From Wallemia ichthyophaga EXF-994 (taxonomy: Eukaryota > Fungi > Basidiomycota), in the NCBI RefSeq assembly GCF_000400465.1, contig NW_008806277.1, positions 180,001-212,000 on the forward strand: 32,000 nt of DNA. Reading direction: 5' to 3'. Below, in pieces: positions 1 through 10,060 of this stretch; position 1 is the stretch's first letter; the number at the start of each line of letters is the position of its first letter. A program made the translations under genes and the position numbers. The notes below the pieces were generated by a model. The model did not search any database. It worked only from the letters and a program-made list of their open reading frames with translations, and was not told the origin of the DNA.

Positions 1-470
1 AAGAAAGGGAAGGGATAGAATTGGCCGCTTGGTCTTCTGAGGACGAGTTCTGTGATGTCGTCATAAATTGATATTGGCAGACGATGAGCTTGGGCATACC
101 AACAACCTAATCAGAGTGTTGGATGGTTTTTATGCTACTAATTCCACCCACATCCCCTGCATTCCAATTTCTGCCTACAAATACTTGGTTGAACTGGTAT
201 TCCTCCAAGCTATTCACCTTAAGCCCCTCAGACTTCATCACTGGCCTAACCTGGGCAGCTAAAGAGCGTAGCAGACTAGGCAACTCATTAGCAACTCCTC
301 CACTCGCGCTGATCCGCTTCACTCAACTCCCTAGCCTCCTTCTGATTGCTGGCTGGCAATGCCGTAGTAAAATTAATTTCTGGGTTTGGATTCGCCTCCT
401 TCTCGTTTATCCTGCGTGCATCACAATGAGCTATTATCTACACCCTGAAATTTCCACACCTCAGCACCAT
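1..470 (-). CDS. WLM-domain (Wss1-like) metalloprotease family protein, 5' part; runs off the left edge
   Basis: Spliced translation MVLRINEKEANPNPEINFTTAL...EARDLLRSLAAQVRPVMKSEGLKVNSLEEYQFNQVFVGRNWNAGDVVELVLRRPSGQFYPFPF matches the WLM N-terminal pattern. ATG at 470. GT-AG introns at 459-412, 151-107 and 99-50, plus one near 320-275. Confidence 0.8.
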
Positions 471-983
471 GAAGTAGAATGAAATAAAGTGAAGTTGATA
501 CATTGTGCTGAGTAATCCAATCTCAAATATTTTCAAATCGTTCACCGATTACGCCATCTCTGCGATGCCTAGAAGTGGAGCTTGATAGGCATGCTTTATA
601 GTCACATATCTGGAAATTGGCCGCGGGGATGACATGAAGGCTGTGTAAATTCAATATATACTGCACGTGGAGTCGCTCGCCTTTACTTGGTTGCCCGGTG
701 CCCGAGTGCCCGGGTGTCTGTCGCAGCAAACACACAGGGAGTTCAGTAGACCAATGTAAGGGGCAAGTATACTCAAATATACGTTTATTATTCCATATGA
801 CACCCTCAATGCTATCGCAAAACCGTGTTTTACCCTTGTTTCAATTTTTACTCCGCTTTGCCTTTAAAAGCGCACTAATTCACTCTTCTTTGTTATCAGC
901 TATCAACTCGAAAGCAGCAGAGCTTCTTTCAAGAATAAAACATCTTTAAGTCTTCACAATCTCTTAATCTCACAGCAAGATCT

Positions 984-2138
984 ATGTTATTAACATCAAC
1001 ACTCCTTGCAATCGTAGCAACTGTCACAGCTCACGGGACTGTCAACCGTATCGACGTTGAAGGCGGACAGTCATTCTCTGGCCCACTAATCGGCTCAAAC
1101 GACAACAGCGGCCCAATCTGGCATGTCTCAACTAGCAGTCCAGTCACGGACCTCCAAAGCAATTCAATGTTCTGTGGTGTTGACGCTATCCCTGGTCAGC
1201 AATCACCTAATATCGGTGCTGGCTCGACTTTAACCATCCACTGGGGACAAGGTTACGCAGACAGTGGTGACCAATGGCCTCATAACACAGGCCCAATCAT
1301 GACCTACATGGCTAAATGTAATGGTGACTGCAGTAACGCAGACTCTGCCAGCTCCAACTTTTTCAAGATCTCCGAGCTCGGTATTGAGAATGGTGAATGG
1401 GTTCAAGCTCAACTCAAGAATGGTCAACCATACTCTGTTCAAATCCCAAATGATGTCCAACCTGGTAAGTGCATTGTGTGACTACTTAATATGGCTAAGA
1501 CTGTGACAGGTAATTACCTAATTAGAACGGAGATCGTTGCACTCCATTCAGGCGTTGAGAGTTACCCATCATGCTCACAGTTCACTGTGACTGGTGATGG
1601 CTCAAACTCATACGCAAGCGCTACAGCTAAATTCCCTGGTGCCTACTTAGCTTCTGATCCTGGTCTTCAAATTGCCGGTGGATCCGTATACAATATTCAA
1701 TCGAGTGTTGAATACCAATTTCCTGGTCCAGCACCCGTTACTGGAGTTCACTTGGGTGTACCTGTTGGTAGAAACGGAGGCAGCAAAAAGTTTGCTGCTC
1801 AACAGCCAAGCTCGGATTCATCACACTCAAGTTACAGCTCGGATAGCCAATCATTTAGCCAGCAATCGCAACAAAATGAATCAAAGTCGCAATCACAATC
1901 AAATGGACCAGACTCAGAATCTGGTAACTCTGGTTGCAACAACCAATACGAACAATGCCTTCAAGCATATGTTCCAGGCAGCGGAGACTTTGATTGTCAG
2001 ACTCAATTTGTCTCATGTCAACAACAGTCACTAGGAAGACGTTGGTCTACCATTCAAAGACCAACCAAACGCTCAAAATCGTTGAAGCGCACTCAACAAC
2101 GCAACGCTAGAATGATGTATCGTACCGTTCATTTGTAA
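984..2138 (+). CDS. AA9 (former GH61) lytic polysaccharide monooxygenase with Ser/Gln linker and C-terminal Cys module
   Basis: Signal peptide followed by His1 (VTA|HGTV). AA9 motifs WPHNTGPIMTYMAKC, FFKI, PGNYLIRTEIVALH and YPSCSQF. One intron, 1465-1509. Confidence 0.9.
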
Positions 2139-2608
2139 ACGGAGATAACTTCAACGCGGCTTTCATTCTCGAATAAAACAATAAGGAACCGGATTCCTTC
2201 AAATTGATTATAGCACATATCTCCCTCTCTTTACATACCTTGACGGTGCCATGTATTCTAACTAACGCTCGCTTATCTTATAACAGATCTGGAGGTCTTA
2301 CGAAATCACATCAATGTAAACAATACATATTTAACACGATTGTTGATCAATCTGTTTTCTTCTACGATAATTCCTTTTGGTGTAATGTGTGATGTCTTAG
2401 CAGTTGACGAGCTCTGGCACTTATTGCAAAATAAATTGTAGAAAATGGACCATGTATTTAAACAATGATATCATGTATTGAGTTTAAGTCTATTAAATAT
2501 TTGCCCTTTTATCCTAAAAAAACAATTTACTGACAAGTGTTCCGATCTATATGTACTTGAGATTTATAACGCGAAGGAATTAGTTAGTGAAAAATTATTT
2601 CCGTGATG

Positions 2609-4852
2609 CTACATAGCTGAGCGTCCAGCGGCTTTTTGTTTGATTAGAGTTGTCAAATACGAACAATCAACTACTTACTTTCGATTGGCAAAAATATTTG
2701 TGAAAGTCCACAGAATATTAAAAGTGCTCCAGAAACATACAGTGGTGTGGGTGATCCCGCTTTAGCCCCAAATGCGTGAATGATTGGTGCGAGTAAACCG
2801 AAAATTCTGTTCAAGCTGCTGCAAAGCGCGTCACCGGTAGCGCGATGTGGTCCAGGGAATGCTTCTGGTGTGTACTTTGGAAAATATCAGTAAGTTGAGG
2901 CTAATAAATCAACCAACTTACAGCAAAGAGAATACCATACATAGCATTTTGTGCGAAGGAGGCAACACATTGGAATGCGAGAATAGAGTCAGGTTGCTTC
3001 GTTGATGAGAACAAGAAGATGAAGATACCGGTTAAGATGGAGAAAATAGACAGTGCACCACGTCTACCAAACCAGCGACCTTTGACTTCAACGAGACCAG
3101 CAGCTATTAATGAACCTGGAATACCCAATACTGCTTGGATGGTGTAATCACGATATGTGTGATAAGTGTCCGAGTTGGTTTTTCCGTTCAAATAAGTTGG
3201 CAAGAATGAGTTGTATAAGGGGTAAGCAAGTCCGATGAGTGCCCAAGACATCATAAGTAAAATTGTGTTGATTGCAAGCTTTTTGGTGGCGAAAAGAGGC
3301 TGCAAAAATCTTAAATGATCTGAAGAGCGAAAGAGCGAGGAAATTACGCACCTTAATATGATTCAAGTTCATATGAGCCAAGTTCATTTTTATGAGCTCT
3401 TTAGTGGAGAATTTCTGTGGCTTTTGATCGAATTCCAGGCCCTGAGCACGAATGGCATCCTTCATCTTCTCCAAAGTGAGTGGGCATTCGACTCTGTTTT
3501 TCTTTGCAATATGCTCAATAACAGCAACAGCAGCCTCATCCTTTCCTTGGCTGAGGTAAAACTATACATAGTCAATACCGTACCTATAATTATGATTAAA
3601 CCAACCTTTGGAGATTCCTTGATCGGCAAAATGAAAGAACGAGTAAGGAACATCAAGAAAGTGAATCCGCCAACAACAAATAGACCATAACGCCATCCAG
3701 CATTAGTGTCCCAATTACAATTGCCGGCATCTGCCATAGCCTGATCACAAGCCCACTGCGGTTGACTGACGAAACCCCAAACAGCGACAGAACTTATTAC
3801 GAGACCGAGTGACCAGAAAGAGGAGAGCAAAGTAAGCAGCCATTGCTGTTTGGCTGGCAGGAATTCAAGCAGAAGCGCTCCATCGACTGGGAGATTACCG
3901 CCCAATCCTAGTCCAACACCAGCTGCCATGGCAGAAAAAGAAACGAAGCTGTTGGCTGATCCGATAGCAGTACCAAATGCACCACAAAGAAAAAGTGATG
4001 CATTGAACGATAGGAGCTTTTGACTGTTATGATGTATAGGTGAAGACAGATTGTACTCACACGACCAAATATGTCAGCTGAAAAGCCGAAGAAAGTAGCA
4101 CCAATAACCAAACCGACATAAAGTGCGAGCTGTGTATGATTAGTAAAAAACTTTTCAGTGTGATTTACTTTAACGTACAGTTGCCATCTCAAAATTTTCT
4201 GGTTGGAATTCATAGGTTATCCAGGTCAAAGAGACGGCAATTGCTCTGGGTGGTGGAAGTGTTAAGTTGGTTCAAATGCGTATGCAGGTGTACTCACTGA
4301 ATCCTGCATAAGTGTGAGTTTTTATGTGAGACCTAGTCAAATTAACGCACCACATGTTATCAGCTGAAAAGATTTAGTTAGGCTATTCGAATGCATGACC
4401 TCACTCACCAAGCCTGCCGCAGAGATTTAGAAGCTGTAAATATCAGAATGAACGACTCACCATCCCATTCCTAGTCATGAGTGAGCAAATATGCAAATCA
4501 ACGCTAACGAAGAAGGCTCACCTGCAACAAAGAAGAGTTGAATCTGATATCTCCCGAAGCCCATTTGATTCAGCGCATCGTTCACCTTAAACCTTGTCAG
4601 CCTTAGCTAATTTTTAATTAAGCAATCTACCATTTGGCATTTTATCTAGTAAATGACTTAATCAGCTCTGATAAAAAGCTTAGGCTTGGTGCTTACAGTA
4701 TAAGAATGCTCCAACCCATATGCTGAGCTGTTATCCAAACTCGATTCCGACTCGCTCACTTGTTTTGTATCGTAGAGAACCTTCTTCTCAGGTGATTGGT
4801 CTGAATGGTTAGACTGCGTCTGTAGCTGCTGTTCCATGTCTTTATTGTTCAT
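2609..4852 (-). CDS. MFS transporter, SV2-like sugar/organic-cation family; about 13 introns including micro-exons
   Basis: Spliced YTIKCQMVNDALNQMGFGRYQIQLFFVAGMGWLADNMWIQAIA, SADIFGR, GGNLPVDGALLLEFLP, YTPEAFPGPHRATG, LPIETAGRSAM*. Confidence 0.9.
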
Positions 4853-5651
4853 TTCAATTTAATTTAAACTCGCTCCTGATCAAGGATTGCGCTCCGCTCA
4901 CAAGTTTGACGATCTTGAGGATTCTCCCATTAATATAAAATGAATATGGGAGCATCGTTATTTTTATAAAAATAAGCAAGTCAATCACTGACCTGAGAGC
5001 AAAGCGCACGTATTTTCCTCGGCTTTGTACGCTCATTCAACGAAGAGATTTAGCCAATTTCACCATCATCTGATATCATCATCAGTTACATAACAATTGT
5101 GATGTGCATTAAGAAATCTATCACGCTTTACAACTTTTAAATTAACTCTTTTATATTCCATGTTCTTTTCTTTCTATCCGCATCCGTAAATCTTTCTCCG
5201 CCGTTTCACACCCTGCCGATAAGCGGTACCCAAATTGAGTCTTGTTAGCACCGATGAGCTTCTTGAGTTATTCTGCATTCCACAATACTTTAAACTAAAC
5301 GTTTTACATTCATGCCAAATGCCAATTAATTCCGAATCAAATTTTTGAGCTTCACGCCCTTCAAATTTCCAAGTCAAATCAAATTTTTAAAGGCGCTCAT
5401 TTTGAATACTAAAGGGGAACTTTCACGACTCACCTCAAATTAAAAAATCGCACATATCTCCGGCAAATGACGAAAAAATCGTGATTGAATCACACTGGCA
5501 TGCAAAAAAAGAATCTACGCATGAATTAATATAATTTTTATGCCGTAACTCCAGATTCCATTTCGCTGATATCGTACCTTGATCATCTCGCGCCACTGAT
5601 CCAGTTACAGACATCTGAGAAGACATTTGACTCCAAATTACGTAAGTCTAT

Positions 5652-7883
5652 TCAAATCGGTACAATACTGATAGAATCATTACAAACAACTTGTAAACCG
5701 ACTTTAAGCGAATCAGCCAAGTTGCTATCGAATTTTTGTATAGTCTTGGCGGGCTCCTCGCCGATACTCTCGCACGGGACATCCCGCTCCATTCTATTGA
5801 GCACCTCATTGGTCGACTGTGATAAAAATGTTCTGACGGCGAGTGGATCAGATCTCAGTGCTGCGGGCGGCAGGGTATTCTTCAGGTTTGTGTGCGTCGC
5901 TTGAAGCGCGCCTAAAGCTTGTGACGCTGGCAAAGTTGTGATATTACCCTGTGTAAGCGTCGTCATGCGCACGACTGGAAGCTTTTAATGAGGTCAGCGG
6001 GTGTGCACGTTATCTAACGGTAAGCTCACAAGGAGATAGTGATACGAGGAGGCATTGGGTAAGTAGCTGTGCCCGAGTCTGATTGCAGATACCAGAGTGA
6101 AAGCAATGTCATTCAATAGTGTCTCTTTGAAAGAAGACGCGGAGATTGACTTCCAGTTCTTGATCAATAGTTCCAGAGTGTTAGATAGAGTAGACCATAA
6201 TTCATACCAATGGTATTCTGTGGAGCGCGTTAGAATGTGGTACACTAATACTCAATAACCACCCACGTAAGCTCGCCTGCAATCGCTGAATATGCCAGAG
6301 CGCACGATTAATGATATGTACTGCAATTAATGAGTTCTCAATGTTAAACTCCTCCTTCTCTGCAGGCTTGGGTATATTGAATCTCAAGTATATTGTACAG
6401 CAATCCAACACTGACTCCATCATTGGTCTATATGCTTTCGGTACTGGTAGTTGAGGCTTCCGCTGCCTACATATGTCTATGCGTCTATTGTCTATAACTG
6501 GTGCTGCGGAATTTGGTGTTAACGGTGTGTTAGTACCGTTGGATTGTAAAGGCTGACTCTTTGGTGATTGTGGCACTGAAGATGGCGCGCTCTTACCTGA
6601 AGAGTTTGAGGAGGTTGGTTTGAGAAGTACCTCTGCGCATTCATCTGCCTCTACTAAGGCTGAGACGGTGTACAAACCTAACGAAGCATATGCTTGTGCA
6701 CGCTTATTGGCGGATGCATGTGTGAAGATGTACGAAAGTGCGGAAAGTAGAGTTACTGGAGCGTTAGGTTCACCTGGCGGTTGACTGTAAATCAAAACCT
6801 CGCATAGCAAACCTGAAAATATTGAGTTGGCATTAATGAACTCGAAAAATGGCAGTAGAATGGCTGTCACGTTGGCAGGTCTAGAGAATCGCGTTAGCTT
6901 TGTCCTAAGCACCACTGAAAACGACCCACAAATCACCATACACTTCTTTTGATATATTGGAATCATCATGATTGTTTGAAAAGGGCAATATTGACATTAT
7001 TGAGTTGGAGATAGACTTAGCAGGTAGTCTGGTGTGATATTCACTGATGCATTTTTCCATTGCAGTGCTCGTTATCAAGATAATCTTTTTCATGACGTCT
7101 GTCTCAACAAAATCACGCACACGACGTAGGTATCTGTTGAGATTTTGAGCTTGAGCTTTGTGATAGTTGGATAAAACGCCTATCAAGAGAGTGGCCTCAA
7201 AAGTGAAACCAGTAGTCGGAGGGGAGGAAATGATTCTGATGAGTGAGTTGAAGAGATCACGTCTTTGAAAGAAGGCACCTATAGCACCTTGATTAACACC
7301 ACAAACAAAAAGAATTGTCAAGTGTAAAGTGCGATGAATTGTGGCAGAGTTAGCTTCGGGGTATTTAAGGGTGTTGTCGATTGCTGCGACTAAGTCAGAT
7401 ATTGTTTTGTCGCTATGTCCATTGCCGCAAAGAGCTTGGGTGATGTTTGTAGATATCTTAAGCTTTGAGATAACAGTTTTTGAGAGTAAAACCATTGTCT
7501 ACGAATTTGTATTAGCTGTGCAGAAAGCAAAAAACACAAGCAACGTACGTGTAAAGCGTTGAGCTTTCTAGGATCATCGAAGGAACTCTTTTGATAGAAC
7601 TCCAAGGACATAGTAAAGAATAGAGTGATTATAGGCTGAAGATCCTTTTCAATCCTCGTTGATTCAAACTGATCGAATTGAGTTGCGAACCAGAGACGGT
7701 GACTGGGCAGCCAATCAAGGCAGAATAAATCGGTGAAGAACCTCTTTTGATCAGATTCGGCGTCCTTTGGTAGTTTTCCCTGGTGTGGATAAGAATGAGT
7801 GCGATAAGGAGGGTATAGCGTACATCAAAGAATTGCTGGTAAATAGAAATGAGCTTTGGTTGTCGTTGAACAGCGCTGTGCAT
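5652..7883 (-). CDS. ARMH3/C10orf76-like (DUF1741) armadillo-like protein
   Basis: N-terminus MHSAVQRQPKLISIYQQFFD..RFFTDLFCLD, central LIGVLSNYHKAQAQNLNRYLRRVRDFV, and C-terminal YHWYELWSTL resemble this family. Several GT-AG introns. The stop position is less certain. Confidence 0.75.
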
Positions 7884-7965
7884 TTTGAGTGTACAAATCG
7901 AATTTGACCACGTCGCAGAGAGACGAGAAGGTAACTCGGTTCGGAACGACCAAGTTGAGGATATT

Positions 7966-8366
7966 ATGAGTGAGAAAGCGAGGGAAATGATTGAGATTCC
8001 ACAGCAATTCTTGAAGGAAGGATCTCAAGTGGGTTTGAATGTTTTCAACTGCATTATCACTGATGAGCTGTAGTTCATGAACAGGTGTACCAAGCCAAAC
8101 CAGCGCGGTTAGTAGATTTCCTGGGGAAATTGGCTTTACTAACGTACAAGGAAGAATACATACAAATCTGTAAGGCAGTTGCCATAGGATTTGCTATAAT
8201 GGGATTCATTGGTTACTTTGTGAAGCTGATACACATTCCAATGTGAGTTTGGTGATATATGAATGTAATAATCTAATGCAACCTCCAGCAACAACATTCT
8301 CGTGTAAGAAACCAAAACTCATCGATGACGTATAAGCTAACAGAAGCATACAGCGCTGGTCAATAG
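7966..8366 (+). CDS. SSS1: Sec61 translocon gamma subunit
   Basis: Spliced [67 protein letters not shown](AGQ). The last intron is inferred; if it is retained, the stop is at 8307. Confidence 0.93.
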
Positions 8367-8545
8367 AATGTAAAGGTTAAAAAGGGGAATCGTAAACTGA
8401 ATGAATTTGTGTACTAAATAATCTCATATCATTAGTCTCTTTCCGGGATATTTGTGTGATGCTTATGTGAAAATTGATGTTTGAGGCTATAACGGTGTAA
8501 TCTGAAGCGATCTGAGTACTCTAAACCTTTTACCAAGTCAATTAA

Positions 8546-9007
8546 ATGTCAAGTTTAAATTCAAAATTATTTTCCAAAAAGCAAACACAGCCTCGACTTC
8601 CCACGCCATACCTACGACCCTCTGAAATGGGAAACAAGCAGCCTTCAGCGAAACCAACGAAACCAGCGACGCTTCTGTCACCTGCGAATATATTAAAGAT
8701 AGCTATCACTCAATTAACATACCCTTTCTCACTGGTCAACAAGAAAACGAAATCGACTAAAAATAGATTAATCGATCACAACCAGAGCAGGCTGAACAGA
8801 TTACTTCATTTGATAATGACTGTTTCAATGCTTATTATCGTCGTTATCACATTTTATATATTTCAAACCAAGATTTCGCGACAAATTCAATCTCAAACTC
8901 AGTCATATCCGCATCAACAGCCAAGGAGAATGTGCAGGCGGCGCATTCCGAGTAAGTGTGGTGCTGCTGATGATATTCAGCTACTGATTTTGCATTCAGA
9001 TGGATAA
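8546..9007 (+). CDS. Hypothetical small single-pass membrane protein
   Basis: ORF of about 140 aa with one hydrophobic segment (LLHLIMTVSMLIIVVITFYIF) and a likely terminal intron (GTAAGT near 8951 to CAG at 8999). No family recognised. Confidence 0.45.
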   Translation: MSSLNSKLFSKKQTQPRLPTPYLRPSEMGNKQPSAKPTKPATLLSPANILKIAITQLTYPFSLVNKKTKSTKNRLIDHNQSRLNRLLHLIMTVSMLIIVVITFYIFQTKISRQIQSQTQSYPHQQPRRMCRRRIPSKCGAADDIQLLILHSDG

Positions 9008-9155
9008 ATAAATCAAATTACTCAGCAGTTGTTTTCTTTCTTCTTCTGTCTTGGAATATTGTGTCGCATTTCAAATATTTAATTATACAACTGTACAAAT
9101 ATACAACTGTACAATTATACATGATAATTTATTCGTTTAATCATTCATTCCAGCG

Positions 9156-9669
9156 CTACGCCAACGCGAGTGATACATATCTAGACATAGACACAAAGCT
9201 TTAGCGTCAAATATTGATCACCATAAAACTTAACTCACCCCAATATCATACTCAGACCACCTAAAGGTGTTACCGGTCCTAAAAACTTAAATCTAACTAA
9301 CGTTAATGAAAATTTTGTCATTGAAACACAATCACTAACTTATCTCTGTTCAGCACCAGTGCATATATTGATCCAGAGAACAAAATTGATCCAGTAAGTA
9401 TAGCAGGTGCAGCAAATTTAGACTTTGACGCACGAGGATGCAGACTCGTTGCCATCAGCGCTAAACCGTTGAAGACGGCATAGTGTGACCCTGTCATCCA
9501 ACTCTCAATCTGCCTTGGCTGAATACCCGCTCTTGCACGTAATCCTGCTTATCAATTAGCTGTGCGATTGTCCATCGAAAAATAGCGCACCATGTGCTCC
9601 AAATGCTCCAAAGCCAATACCAGTAGCTGCCAATAAAGCCCCAGATTTCCAAATCACAGTTTCGTTCAT
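9156..9669 (-). CDS. TMEM256/DUF423 small membrane protein
   Basis: Spliced MNETVIWKSGALLAATGIGFGAFGAHGLR...LFSGSIYALVL...KFLGPVTPLGGLSMILGYVSLALA*. The GAFGAH and GPVTPLGG signatures are present. Confidence 0.88.
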
Positions 9670-9733
9670 TTTCCCTTTAGCGATGATGGCTGTCTTCTTC
9701 CATCTAACCTCTAAACACCCAACATCCACAGAA

Positions 9734-10001
9734 ATGACTTTGAGCGTGGCTGAAGCTAGTGATCCAAAGAAGAACCCCCTCAATCCAGAAGGCATAAAAC
9801 CGTAAGTCTCTTCACCGAACACCGATAAGCCACTAAGATTTCCTTAGTTGCTGTGTATGTCCACAGACCAAGAAAGCAAGAGATGAATGCTTCCTTTTCA
9901 ATGGCTCAAATGCAGACTCTTCCAACGGCTCATCCGATGCTTGCAAGGGCGTTTTAGAAGCTCATCAAGCGTGTATGCGTTCATTTGGATTCCCAGTTTG
10001 A
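9734..10001 (+). CDS. COX17: Mitochondrial copper chaperone Cox17 (not in the ORF track)
   Basis: Intron 9802-9847. Product MTLSVAEASDPKKNPLNPEGIKPCCVCPQTKKARDEC...CKGVLEAHQACMRSFGFPV* has the CC copper site and twin CX9C. Confidence 0.95.
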
Positions 10002-10060
10002 TCTACCTTTCAACTCTAGACGTCTCTTTAAATTATTAACATTAAGTGTACAAACATTCA

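Noticed and set aside
2200-2450. ACTAAC...AACAG acceptor-like motif and a ~50-codon frame downstream of the LPMO
   Set aside because: No convincing start, donor or homology.
5170-5640. Short minus-strand ORFs (5174..5377, 5435..5626) with splice-like motifs
   Set aside because: I could not build a coherent spliced product or recognise a family.
984-10001. Copper theme: LPMO and COX17 within 9 kb
   Set aside because: They are separated by unrelated housekeeping genes and act in different compartments (secreted versus mitochondrial intermembrane space). No evidence of a cluster.
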